Shown: piece by piece, positions 37,389 to 50,359 of the stretch
Layout: each line of letters begins with the position of its first letter
Position numbering within the stretch: position 1 is the stretch's first letter
Source of the DNA: Ramazzottius varieornatus
Taxonomy: Eukaryota > Animalia > Tardigrada
Direction: 5' to 3'
DNA length: 64,000 nt
NCBI GenBank assembly: GCA_001949185.1
Contig: BDGG01000004.1
Location: 2,319,620 to 2,383,619, forward strand
Translations under genes and position numbers: made by a program
The notes under the pieces: generated by a model
The model's database searches: none
What the model was told of the DNA's origin: nothing
What the model saw: only the letters and a program-made list of their open reading frames with translations

Positions 37389-40300
37389 ATGGCAGCTAGC
37401 GATCCTGCCTTATACGCATTCGAACTAACCTTCAAAACTCTGAACGACAGCAAAACCCCAGTGTCTCGTTCAAAGATCCAGAAAATAACGGAGCTTGCTG
37501 TTAAGGCCCAGAAATTCTATAAACATGTGGTTATGAATGTGGAGAGCTTTATCAAGAAGTGGTACGTATTTTCCGTACTGTTATTCACCACCATAATTAG
37601 CGATAATGCTCGAGATTTCTCGTGTTTTATCCTCTTCTGCTTTGATTTCAGTTCTCCGAAGCACAAGCTACCAGGTAAGCTCGACATGCTTGGTGTTTGA
37701 ATTTTTTTATCAAGAAAGGCATCTACCCAATCTATTTAAATACTACAGAATCATGGAGATAACATCTTTAATTGCAGGTATTTATGTCATCGATTCCATC
37801 CTCCGGGTTTCACAAAAGCACGGAAAAGAAAAAGGTACTGAATTTCTGCTGTGGAAATATTTTTTAAACAGAATTTTTTAATACTATATATATGAGACGA
37901 CGGCGAATGACTTGAGCAGGATCGTTTTCAAAGTGGCGCACAACATCAGCCAGAAAAAAATGAGACCGTGCGCAATTTGAGATAACGATCATGTTCAATT
38001 CATTTGCCGACGTTTCATATCAAACTCATCAATACCGGACTCGTTAAAACTCATTATAAACTGGTTCGTTAATCCAGAAAACTGTTCGACTATTTTGTAA
38101 TGGACTGCTAAACATTCTGCCTTGTAGATGTTTTTGGACCAAGGTTCGCCAAGAACCTGGCGGTCACCTTCGCGAATGCGTCCAAGTGTGCTGAAGAGGA
38201 CAGGTTCAAAATTTTCCGTTGTTTCAAGTTATGGAAAGAAGGCCACTTCTTCCCCGACGACATCATCGCCCCCATCGTGGAAAAGATTTCAAAGCTCGAG
38301 TCCTTCGAAGATGGCGCAAAGAGCTCCAGCAAGCCGGACGAAGACGAGAAGGTTCTTCCAGAAGAGAACAGTACACGTAGTGGAAAGAGTAGCGGTTCGA
38401 AAGAAAAGGAGAAAGAAGAAATACTGATGACCAAGAACCTCCAGGAAAAGACGGCCGAACGAGAAAACGCTAAAGTTGCTTCTGGGGAAAAAGAGAAGGT
38501 GCACTTTGACAAACGACTGCTGGACTTTGACTACGAAGACAGCGATGAAGAGAACGGACTTGATCGGAGCTCGGCAAAGCGCAGCAAGAAGAAAGTACCA
38601 GCCGAACCGGAAGACGAACCTGACTTCCTCCAGATCGGGAAGGATGGCAAGCCTGTCTTCTCGGTCGACAAGATTATGTCTGGTATGTCAAAGACATCGC
38701 TTTGGGACCTCACCAGATCGACTCGGCAAGATAGTCCTCACTAGTGGCGCACTTTTCAGTATTATTGGCTGGAAGTGTGCGCCACTTGGAGAAAAGATCA
38801 TGCAGAGTTTGCTTGCGGAGCGCTGGAGCTCCCATTCAGTTTTCTGGTCCTGGCTGGTTAGAATATCAAAAAGAAGGGAGACAAGCACAGATCCTAAAGT
38901 CAACAAATCTACAATGGTCTTTGAAAATGTGGAGGATTAGTTTTTCTGAAAGCTGACATGACGTGTTTCTGCTTTCTAGGTTTACGTCAAAGTCGGCAGC
39001 CCTTGCCCGTCGAGCACCAGTCTCCCTCACAGACGCCCATCCCGATGGAGATGGACATTGTCCCTTCGGTGCCTCCTGAGACAGCTTCGGCTTCGGCATA
39101 TGAGCCAAGTTCCACTGACATGTTCGCCAAGTTGGACGAAGAGTTCAGCCAAAACGCTGTCATAGTTCTCAGGAGCTGCACCATATGGATTGGTCACTTG
39201 AGAAAGGGTGTCATTGAGGAAGAACTACGAAGTGAACTGTCCAGATATGGTACCATCAAGACATTGGACCTGATAGCTTCTCGCGGATGTGCCTGTAAGT
39301 AAACCAAGCAACGAACTCGAAATTTCTTCATCTCTTCCAACTTAGAACGATGAGTTCATCTAAATAATTTTTTTCAGTTCGTCTAAATTTTTTCCATTTT
39401 ACCCAAATGAATCAAAAATGAAACATGGGAGCTGAGCAAACGAACTGAACCAGATCGCTGTAGTAAATGGCGCACGTTGTCAGTGTTATTGGCCGTTAGC
39501 GTGCGCCACTTGTGGAAACGATCTGGATCATTTCATATGTCCGTCTTCCACATGAGTATCTATTTCGATTTATCTTAGACATTGCGTATGAAAAGCGAAG
39601 GCATGCCGAAGACGCGCTGGATTTTCGCCGGAGTCTGTACAAGGTTTTCGGCGACAAAACAAAAGTGTCCTGGGCATTGGGTAAAGGCATTAAGGCTGGC
39701 CACAAACAGTGGGACTGGAATGTAGACACTGGCGAATGTCGAATCAAGCTGTCGCAGCTCCCCACTAGTCTGAAAGGTCTGCAAGAAGGCAGTGAGTTGG
39801 TCGAGGACTCGGTCCCTAACTTCCTAAAGAACAAGTTCGCCGATGCTGATAAAGAAGACGTGCCTGTACCGAAAGAAGTTGTGCCTGAGCCCAAGCCAGC
39901 CGGCCCAACACCTCCTGCCCCATCCTCCAGTTGGCAGACGTCCGCTGCTCTGGGCTTTGTCGTACCCGATACTCGATGGGGATCAGGTAAGACATGGGAG
40001 AAGTACAATGCGCAGATTAGGCTAAATTTGGAACGGTAAATGGGACCCAAACAAACAAACTCAACAAGATTGTTACCAAGTGGCTCGTGCTCTCAGTCAG
40101 TATCGCTAAAAAGTGGCATCCCTTGGCAAAGTAATCTTGCCGATTTTGTTTGCCGAGCTTTTTGTTCTACTTTGATGTATTACATGCAAATCAAATTTTT
40201 CGCAGCTGTTACGGAAAACCCACCCGTACCTGAAAAGTCTCAAAACCTCCGTCCTCCACCCTTCCCAGCCTTCTTCTCCGCACCTCCACCAGCGATTCCT

Positions 40301-41341
40301 CAGCTGTCCATGGATGGAGATAGGCATGGACTTTCGAACGGTAACGCCATCCCCACCATCACAACGCAGACGTCATGGTCCGACCCGGTTGAACCAACGA
40401 AGCCCGGCTTGATGGGCGAAACACCTCTCGAGCCTTTTCCGCCAATGATGAACCCGCTCTTCTCGAAGCCTCCTCCTGCACTAGGAACTCCGATAAACCA
40501 TCCTCCTCCCGGATCAACCCAAGTCCTCGACCCGAACACCACGTCGCAATTCTATAACAACCTTCCCGGTAACACTTCATTCCCAGGTCTGCCAAACGTC
40601 CGACCACCGTTCCCTGGTGCACCAAGCTTCCCACCTCCACGTTTTCCTGGAGTATCTTTGAATGAACGAGGTAAACTTTTGTGTCTTGGCATGTGATGAC
40701 TATCTTCGGCTTAGGGAAGCGGTAACTATGTATCTGTCTTTCGTGCATCTGCATACGGCAAACGCCTTTTTATAAGAGGTGTTGAACATGTAGGTGTGTG
40801 AAAGATGGGTGTTCGTTAAACTGAGAAGTTCAAAGACGGAAAATGCTCCGCATGGCCGCTTTTGCCGTACTTGCATACCTCTAGGCCGCTGTTACCTGAC
40901 AGCTGGGCGTGCTCAGGCCCTCGAATCATCGATACATTTAAACTCTAGCGTCACAGCGATGTATCCACTTGTCTTCCTACAGGTAATTTGCCTGGTGGAC
41001 CGGCGAACTTACTACCGCTGCTACAGTCTTTGGCCAATCGGTTACCGATGCGCCCAGGCGGACCAGCTAATCAGCTCAACAACCTTCTACACCAGTCTAA
41101 CATCCAGGGAGCTCTCATGGGATTGAGAGAAAAGTTTGGTCAGCGTCCACAGAATCCACAGTCCGACAACCGCCAAGGACCCAACTGGCGTCCGGGTCAC
41201 CATCAGCAGCACCCAAGAATGAACGGTGATTTTCAGCAACGAAGAAACGACTTTCACAATGGCAATGACAGAAATTTCAATGATGGAACCAGGAGTTTTG
41301 ACGCAAGACGGCAAGCCCCATATCATAGAAACCAGCGGTAG
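37389..41341 (+). CDS. SCAF4/SCAF8-like Pol II CTD-binding protein (CID + RRM), spliced
   Basis: CID (PVSRSKIQKITELAVKAQKFYKHVVMNVESFIKK, GIYVIDSI, FGPRFAKN, LWKEGHFF), FDKRLLDFDY, RRM (SCTIWIGHL, IASRGCA, VSWALGKGIK), Pro-rich tail. Confidence 0.9.
37905..38010. repeat. Family B palindromic repeat, SCAF intron
   Basis: tgacttgagcaggatcgttttcaaagtggcgcac ... gtgcgcaatttgagataacgatcatgttcaattca. Confidence 0.7.
38743..38787. repeat. Family B palindromic core, SCAF intron
   Basis: agtggcgcac-ttttcagtattattggctggaagt-gtgcgccactt. Confidence 0.7.
39425..39535. repeat. Family B palindromic repeat, SCAF intron
   Basis: gagctgagcaaacgaactgaaccagatcg...aaatggcgcacg...cgtgcgccactt...cgatctggatca. 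Confidence 0.7.
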
Positions 41342-41831
41342 TTACTGACATTTTTACGCATCTTTTGTTTGACTTCCATCCATTTTGTTTTTGAACCATC
41401 ATGTCTGCATGCGCTTGGTTTGGAATCGAGACAATGATAGCTTTTTACATCATTGTGATAGACATGATCAGCTTACGCTCGTTGTTACTGAACATTGTAC
41501 CCTTTTTACAGTAGCAGTTTTAGTAAATTAAATTTTGTTCTTTGAATAGCTTGTTTCTGGCCTCAGACTAACATGGTTCCCTTCGATCAGTTCGCGTATA
41601 CAAACAATTCGTTTTGGCATAGTTTTTGCACAGCAAGGCGCTTGCCAAGGAAGGATAACGTCGATCCTCGACCGACGCTCAGTTTACTTAGGTACAAAAC
41701 TAACGCTAATATAAACAAAGTAATATGAACAGTTGCCTTGAACAGCATGTACAAGTTCGGGTAGAAAAGAAGTGAAAATTTGTACGTGCTTGTAGCAAGC
41801 ATTGAGCGGATAAATTCTGCTAAAGCAAAAA

Positions 41832-44596
41832 TCACAAGGACGCACGTTTGACAACGGTGTCATCAAAAGCATGCTTCCATTCAACAAAGAAGAAGGCAAA
41901 GGTTCCGAAGAAGCCGCAAATCACCAGGATAATTAGTTGAAATGGAAGGATCAGGTAAGCCGAATAGTAATAACCACCAGCGGCACAAAATGACTGAAAA
42001 CAAATAAAGATACATCTACTTTTAATGGGACAACCCAACGTCTTGACAAACTCGACAAGGCCAAACATGACAGCCTTACCTGGACAAATTTGAAAAGCGC
42101 AAACGCGCTGGCGCTGTCATTCCGGAAAACGCTACCCAACAAAGAGTAGACCTGGCAGCAAAAACTCAAGGTTGAACTTTTCGTAACTTTTGACAGATAA
42201 TTATTAACGACTGAAGATGCCACACTAACCTGGGTGTTGAAGGAAGCATCACCTGAAATGCAAAAACATGTACTATTCATCGATGTTTGAACAGGAACGA
42301 AGGACCCTAAACTTACCGAGCCCGAGAAGAAAGTAACAGAAAACTCCGAGATACAGGCTGCAAGCACAAAGCGTACAAATAGCAGCAAAATGAATGAACC
42401 TTTCTGATGAATACACGTCTGACGTCACTGCAAAATGGCCTCACCTGGGAGTCAAGTAGGACGACGCATCGGTCTCCCGCAGAGGAGCGTCTTCGGGAAT
42501 GTTCAGATAGATCAGAAAGTACGTACAGAGGTGGAGGAAATATCCGAAGAGAACGATCGGGTCCCTTCCGTGGCGAATAGTCTTCTTGCCCAGGATACCA
42601 AAAGCCAAGCCGCCTAACGCCAGACTTCACTTTCTGACCAGACGACAGAAGTTACTGTTTTGATCTTACCCAAGATTTCTCCTGTAACGAGAAGAAGATA
42701 CAAACACGAACTGAGCAACGATATTGGTCAAAAGCAGCATCAACATGCAAAAGCTTACCGAGGCCGATCGCCACGCCCGACAATCCAACAACGGACTTCC
42801 TCATTTCACCAAACTGAGCGGTGTACCCCAGACATGTCCCATAAACTCCTCCAAAGAACGTTTGAGCAAAGCCTACGAACAATCATTGAATCTCTGATCT
42901 GTACACTCCGTATCAAGCTTGGACGAGACTGTACTCACCGGTATAGGCGAAAGTGAAAGATAGCAGAACCATATCCCGACCCTTCCAAAGACGAAAGGCG
43001 GCCACTACACGACAAACAATAAACTGCCACACATGTCTGCAAGGAAGCACTCTTAACATCATCCAGTACTGTAATGCTTCTTGAATCTCGCGCACTGACG
43101 TCACCATGCGCGCCACTCGACGGGTGTAGTGACTCGTATAGTGCACAAGGGGTGTGACGTAAGTGCGTGAGATTCAAGAAGCATTACAGTATGTCATACC
43201 TTACCCATTGCCGGAAAAGGATTGCCGCGTGCACTGCGATACGAGAAAACATCGGAATTATAGTACTTCATAGTAACAGTCAGCCAACATGGTTTGGCTT
43301 CTTACCTTTTTACTTGGACTTCTGTTGACGATCCAGCTACCGGAAGAGTCTCTTCCGAGACGGGTGCTACAACCGGATGCTTGAAGAAAAACATAACGGC
43401 TATGCCCATGACAGATACAGCCAGAAGAACAGTGTATAACACCGTCCGTGTGTGATCCTCGATCTTGGTTTCTCCGTTGAGGTAGAAGAAGAAAAACAGA
43501 TTGCCCGGCACATAGCTAGGAGAAAAGCGTACGTCATACATAAAAATTTTCACCACAGGAATTTTTCGCTAGTGACGTTTCCGTTTAAGTTACCTGCTTT
43601 GGAACAGCGCCCAGAATAATCCCGAATTTCTGCAAAGCGAATTAGCCTTAACTGGCCACCTAAACAGAACGACAGCCCTTGAATATTGCACTCACCTTGC
43701 CATAGTGTGTTTATCCGAATTAATAGTGAGGAAGACACCTGTAGAATAGACAAGGCAATAAAGCCGAAAACATTCCCGTAGTAGACGAACTACACTTTCC
43801 TCGGTGTGCAGATTAACATACCCTGAGCTGTCCACAGTACCGCTGCTCCCACTCCCACCAGCACCGACCCGGCGTACAATGTAGCATAATATGGCCGCAG
43901 GAATATAGCGATGAACAAACTATAGGTGATTCCGCCCAAGATCATTGCTATTTTGGGTCCACCAATTAGCGAGATCTGATGATGAAATGCCGTTTTATTA
44001 ACGAATCTCGAATTATATATGATCCTGGCTAAGCCTTGAGTCATATGGTTTGGAACCACAGACGAAAGTACTCTCGTTAGCCTACCAGAAAGGGGGAGAA
44101 CCAGTTGGCACATCCAAGGGTTGCTACGAACAGCACGCACAATTTCGCGAACTGGAGTTAGCTTCAACTCTGTAGCATAATCAAATGAAACCAACGGTTA
44201 AGCTTACCATACAAAATTCCTAGGCTGACATATCCTAACGTCGAAGCATCCTGTCCGAAGTAATTTTGCAGCACGATGGTCTACGAAACAACAGGCCCAA
44301 ATTGTTGACCAACAATGTCCATGCATACATATGACGTATCTTACGGCATATACACGTCGGCGTTACTAGTTCAGGTCTACAGTCTAAGATCGGATTTCAC
44401 AAGCGCGGATTCTTACCTGGACTAGACCGCATGTCTGGAATGCACTGAAGAGCCCCATAAACGAGAGACCCAAGAGAATAACATTGCGGTATTTGAGATC
44501 GCTCCATCTGGACGTATGCTGTACCACGGCCACTTCGCGTTCTTCCTTTACACCAGTTATATCCGTAGCGTCTTCATCGCCTGTGGCCTGAGGCAT
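41832..44596 (-). CDS. MFSD11: UNC93-like MFS protein MFSD11, spliced
   Basis: NVILLGLSFMGLFSAFQTCGLVQ, GPKIAMILGG, GAAVLWTAQG, RNSGLFWALFQS, FFGGVYGTCLG, GDASFNTQVYSLLG, SASAFALFKFVQS, FFFVEW. Confidence 0.9.
43069..43189. mobile_element. 121-bp TA-flanked hairpin MITE in an MFSD11 intron
   Basis: ctgtaatgcttcttgaatctcgcgcactgacgtcac versus gtgacgtaagtgcgtgagattcaagaagcattacag: 2 mismatches in 36 bp. TA at 43067-43068 and 43190-43191. Confidence 0.8.
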
Positions 44597-45647
44597 CTTG
44601 CGCTCTGTTCAGGCCTCTAAACGGAGCTGGCGCAACCTGAAAAGAAACGGTGAGAACTCCGTCATAGTCTCGACCAAAGTAAACTAGCGCATTAAAGGTA
44701 CCAACCGGAAATGGGTGCGCACAAATCAAACTCCTTGATTAGCTGGTCATTGGCGCACTGTTCTTCCAGGGGTTAATGACATCCTCAGTTTCAACTTCCC
44801 AGATCTCTGGACCAAAGAATATGCTGTCGTAGAAAGAAAACGCCAGGTTGGCCAACTTGGCAAGCAAAATGAGACGCAAACGCAGCAGGTTTTGTCGTAG
44901 CGAAGGTGTGCGATCACTCCAGTTCAAGTGCGAAGAATGCAAACGGACGGCAATATGAGCTATCTCTTGGTCAGTACTCATGATCATAGTGGCCAGCGAA
45001 ACAAACAAGCTGGAGGCTATCTCGTGGAGGCATACTGATAAACGCTAATCGGGCCATCAGCAAACAACGGTCGTTGTTGATTTCTGCCGTGAACTTCCGA
45101 AACAGATTTGCAACCTGTAGAATGGACCTTCGTGTCATGTCATGTCAGACTATATGACATACTGGGCGACATTACGTTAACTTACATATCAGCTGTCCTT
45201 GTTAAACTTCGCCGTACAACAGAAGAGCTCGGCACGCATCTTTCCGAGCTCCATGAGCAAGATTTTGAATTCGTACAGTTCTGGCGGAAAGCGGACAACG
45301 AGGTGTAAGCTTCGGCATGTCCTCATTTATTCGTGAGCACTCACAGAGTAGCATAGAGTAAAAGTCAAACCAGGAAGAATGAGCAGGCGATCAGCTCGCC
45401 AGATACCGTGTGGTACAAGTAGCGCCTTCTGAACGTAGAGACAGGAAGAATTTCACACCTTGGTCAACACCAGTAAACCATGACAGTCTTTCGCAATAAA
45501 AGAGCAACGATCGAAAATATATGAGGCGTTCGCAAAATCGATGGTAGCTCGCTAATCTCACCAGTTCGACACCATTGTGAACCGCTGGAGACCTTCACCT
45601 CTCAGTCGGTTGTAAATTTGTCAAAATTAATAGTCTCTATACTATGC

Positions 45648-48600
45648 TCAAAGTCCTAGCTCAATCAAACTATTGTACTGCGATACATTTCTCTTCAGAA
45701 TGTCGGACACAGGTCCCAGCAACCGCTCGAATCTCGGTCTGTCGAGTTTAGCTAGTTTCAGCGGACCATCAGCTTTGACCGTGGCGGCACGTGGCTTGTT
45801 CGTCAGGAGAGCGATTTCGCCTGCAAGGTTTTCCAGACTGTTGCACTTAAAATTAAAGACTTTCGATAACGCGAATGTACGATTTGGAAATCAGATTACT
45901 GACCAAAATAATCGGCAGGTCCAAGTTTGCCGACTTCAACTTCGGCGTTTTCTTTGCCGTCGGGGCTTTGGAGCACAGTGGCGCGTCCTTCGATAATGAG
46001 AAAGAAATCATCGCCTGAAAGAGCAAGCGGCTTGTCAAGAAAATTACTCTGGCAGATTAATGAGTCAACAGTGCAACCTTTTTCTCCTTGTGACACTATG
46101 ACTTCGCCATCCGAAAACGTTGGAAGACTCTCTAGGGCGTCGGCTAAAGTTAGAATCTCCCTGCAACACCGAAGCACGTTTGTTGGACCAGTCTTTCAAT
46201 TTTATGATAACATATCGTACCATTTGTCCAGATTTTTCAAAAGTGGAACATTGCTGAGGAATTCCTCGTAGATTTTCCGCTTCCTCATTGTGTTGCCCAT
46301 CAGGATTTTCCTGTACGTGTCTCGATCTAGTCCGAAGAGACGAACATTGTCAGAACGAGCCACAATGGAAGCAGCTCTGGGCGTTCTGTAATAAAAAAAT
46401 TACCACACTGATTATCATACTTGAACGTTCATTTTGAACAAATTCGATTACACTGTTGACGTACCCATAGATCAACGCCAGCTCTCCAAACGAGCCCCCG
46501 TCGCTAATCGTGTTTACGAGTTTTCCGTTAACTGAAAAGACGACCAACATCCCACTCCCCGTCAAATTGGTAGAACAGTGTCGACCCACAGCAAAATTTG
46601 CACATACCTAAAATATCACATTCGCCGCTCTCGATAACGTAAAAGTTGTCGCCTTCGTCTCCTTGTTTTATGATGACGTCTCCCTTGTTGTACTGGACCG
46701 GAAACATGGCGTCAAATATATCCCTGTGGATAAAAGCGGTGCAAAACAACAGATACATTCATTCAGCTTCAGTGAGCCACGTGACAAGCAGTACCGATGA
46801 CTACTATTGAACAGCATTCCTGAGTAGGTTTGAGTGGGGCCTCATGACTAAGGAATAATTCACCAATTGGAATGTAACCTAACTCAAGTGATCTTATCTA
46901 ACCCTTCAAAGTTCAAACGAAAACCGAATCCCCCGCTTGCAAGCGTTCCTGTATTCCAGACCGGAAGTCTTCATCACCGGTTCACGCGCTTTTGACGCTT
47001 GGAAATAATTTGACCAATATTCAACTTACTCATTCTAGTTTTTTATTAATTCATTATCGAATTTTCATCTCGTGTTTGGACCACGGAAATTTACTGAAGC
47101 CTTTGTCGTTTTGCGGTTTTAGCTGAATAAAATCAAATCGCACGCACCTCTTTTCGTCCTCTTCCATGTGCTGAAACAGGAAGTTCTTCCCGGCGGACTT
47201 TTTCAAGCGTGCCATAGTTTGCTCATCTTTCGGAATCACTTTCTTCACGTAATTCTTGACGTCACTGTCGGCGATGGCTTCTGCAGATATGGCCTGCCTT
47301 CGGTGGCGCATCGGAGCTGCACTGGCCATTCCTGCATCGTCGTCGTCGTCCTGCATTTCATCGTCGCCTCGCACAGACATTTTCTGGGGTCCGTTGCTAT
47401 ATCCGTTCACCGGGCCTCCTTCCTGTTGCAACGATTGCAGGTACTGCACGAGAAAGGCCCGTGGATCGTCTGGTTGTGCCCGACACAGTTCCTTAATGCA
47501 CGTCTGAAGCACAACAATATTCCGGTTAGACAGGATAAACAGTAAGCCTAGTTAGAATCCTCCCGTTTGATATATAGTCGTGAAGTTGGTATCTAATAAC
47601 CTAATTGCACACAGAAAGGATGTTGCATACTTCGAATATGTAAACTGAGGCTATATAGCGGCTGTGATGGGAAGGTAAGAATAACGCTGACGAGGACAAG
47701 CTTTAGAAATGCTTTATAGATGGCGGTACACAACTGTTTTGAACGATGGAGATGAATGCAAGCACCACTGGCTGTTATGCAGGCAGAACGGCAAGACAAG
47801 TTTCTAAAACCACAAAGTATTTCCGACATGCTTTCCAGTTAGTTCATGCAGGCTAGGCCATCAATGGAGCGATGTACAACTCGGCGTAATCTATTCTGTC
47901 GGCTGATCCGTCCGCGACCTCCAGATATATGTACAACAGACTCGCATATACACGTCGCGTACACTTTAGGCAACATCGTACATGCAGCACGTAGGAAGTC
48001 GAGTCTAGTTTGGAAGTTCTAACCTGCTGACTGTAAAAGTCTTCTTTCGCCCATTAATTTGACGCATTGTTGAAGGTGCATGACTGATTTCATCTGGCTA
48101 CTATAGGCTTTCTGGCAGTACGCCCGTAAAAAGTACGTAGTACCCACCAGCTATGCAGCTAGCTTTGGTCAGTGAAGGACCTTGGCTTCAAAGTTCGCTG
48201 CATACTGTAGTCTCACGTTTCGCAAAACCGTACGGTGTGTTGAAACATTTTGCCGACTGCCAACGCTCGAATCGATATATTTAGAATGTAACTTTCCGCT
48301 GCAAATACACCACATTAGCGAGCGAACTTGACAGGCGTTTACGAAGGGCCTGCTATAGTCGTAAACACGTATTCAACTGGCGGAAATACGAGCCTAATAG
48401 CCGGTATAAGTACAGCTACTGGAGCACCGTCATACAGATGATTCACTGGAGAGCTGTTCACATCATTCTAAACAGTCGAGAATTCGGGCGGGGGAACCAC
48501 CGGCTGTGGTTTCGCGGCTCCGCGAGCTGCCAAGTCGGCGAACTAGCGAAGACTGACAGCGAAAGTGTGATATCTATTTAATCATAACTATATAACCAGT

Positions 48601-48802
48601 ATCCGTCGGTATCCGTCAGTATCCGAGAACCTCTACCAAGTGTACTTCATACAGCTCATTTCCGTAAGCAGCCGTCTCGCTGACCAAGCCGGGACTACAC
48701 CTTGTATAGATCCAGGAACCGTAACTCACTTACTTTGAGAAATTCTTGCATCTGAGCCGATCGAATGTAGTCTTTGTAATCAGTCGTTTTCCCAGAGTTC
48801 AT
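45648..48802 (-). CDS. PRKAR1A: cAMP-dependent protein kinase type I regulatory subunit, spliced
   Basis: D/D domain ([13 protein letters not shown]), pseudosubstrate RRQAISAE, two cNMP domains ([14 protein letters not shown]; [16 protein letters not shown]), RFERLLGP. First coding exon ~48735-48802. Confidence 0.93.
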
Positions 48803-50359
48803 TTTCTCGGATTGCGGTCTTGCACGTGATTCGGCTGTGAGGGCGAGATACTTCCGTCTAGTCTAGCACGCAGAATTCAAAGTGAAACTTCTGTAAAGAA
48901 AGACACGTGAGCTTGCATCAGGTACAGAAGAAAGCTGGCATGTGCAAACTAGTCCGCCCAAGCTTGAGCGACCAAACTAATGCAATGAACATCGTAGCCT
49001 CTCAATTCAGCAGAGAAATGATTTAAAATGGCGACCACGTTTCATACGGCCGCTGCAAATGGGGTGACGTTCGATAAGAACCCTTCGCATCCTGAGCTGT
49101 GGAATAAGACGGGAGACTGCCGGAAGCGAAGTAGCACGTAGTTTACCATACGGGCGACTGCAGTTACACTTAAACACAATCCAATATTTTTACCGGTAAG
49201 TTGTTGCTCCCAGGGCGCGAGGCTGAGCTGCACTGGTTTTTCGTCAAAGATTCCGCTCCAACAAAACCAAGAACAAAGGTCCGGGCGCGACAATGGATTC
49301 AATCCAAAGGTATTTGGTGATCCGTGATTTACAGAGCAACATGCGTCAACACTTTAGAGCAAATTAAAACGACCTACCGATCCCTCTTGCTCCGTTGTGC
49401 TGCGGTTGATCAAGAGCCAGGATCGTCGGCACCACACCGCTCGATAGAAGTCCCGATCTATGCCAGTCTCACTGTCATGCAGTCAATACGTGTGCACTTT
49501 TTTGCAAGGACGATCCAATGCTTGAAGCGGAGAGTCGGCTCTGCACCTCGAAGAATGCAGTACAGCAGGCGCCCACTTCCTCCCTTTACTCACTTCCCAT
49601 GGAATCGATATCCCTGTAAAGGGATGATCAGATGTAAGAGGGTTACATATGTAATCAGTTGACACAGCCTCTGACTGTAGTGCCTCGTGTGCTAACTTCA
49701 TTTGCGTGAAGAGACCGTAGAGTCCTGCTTCCACTAACACTAGCAGTGTCCTCCCTGAAGCTCAGGCTTCAATAAACCGAACAACCAAAGAGCCATAACG
49801 GCGAGAATCCGTGTGAGAATCGGCGGCTGCACAAAGCGATCTTCCTGCTCCTGGAGATTCAGGGGAAGAAGTAAACTAAATTGGTGTTTGGTGTCGGGAA
49901 CTCGAGTGTGCCATCTAGCGGTCGATCTTGGACTTTGAGCCGGTTTGGCGCTTACGGTTGATTGATTAGGTTGAAATAGCTGTCTGACACTATCGCAATC
50001 TCGGCAGTGTGAGTCGCAAATCAAAACAAATCAAAAGAAATGACTTACAGTACAGTAATTATATTCGGTATTTTGGTCTTCAGTTTTCGCATAGTATATA
50101 TGGGAAGGGAATATCTTCCGATATCGATCGTCTTCGTGATCAGAGTTAGTACGACATTCTGGCACAGTCAGGCTATTGACACCTGTGAGGAGCATAGGAC
50201 GTCTCTCGTTCTACCAGAAGTGCCGTTGGTGGATCGAAGATATTCTCTGGAAGGACCATTTTTTGAAGCTGGCTGATGGAACCTTTGCTTCGACACCTGT
50301 GCACATTTGTGGCAGAGTGAGACGTACACCTTTGCTGCGACGACCACAACCGTCATGCC

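Noticed and set aside
5969-41341. Grouping of Pol II/chromatin factors (ACTR5, TFIIA, NELF-B, SCAF4/8) as a functional cluster
   Set aside because: Interleaved with unrelated genes on mixed strands; expected by chance in a gene-dense genome without synteny evidence.
44700-45310. Protein-like fragments between MFSD11 and PKA-RI
   Set aside because: Multiple stops and no motif I can name.
48598-48627. Three tandem (c/g)gtatccgt units near the first PKA-RI exon
   Set aside because: Too short to distinguish from a local microduplication.
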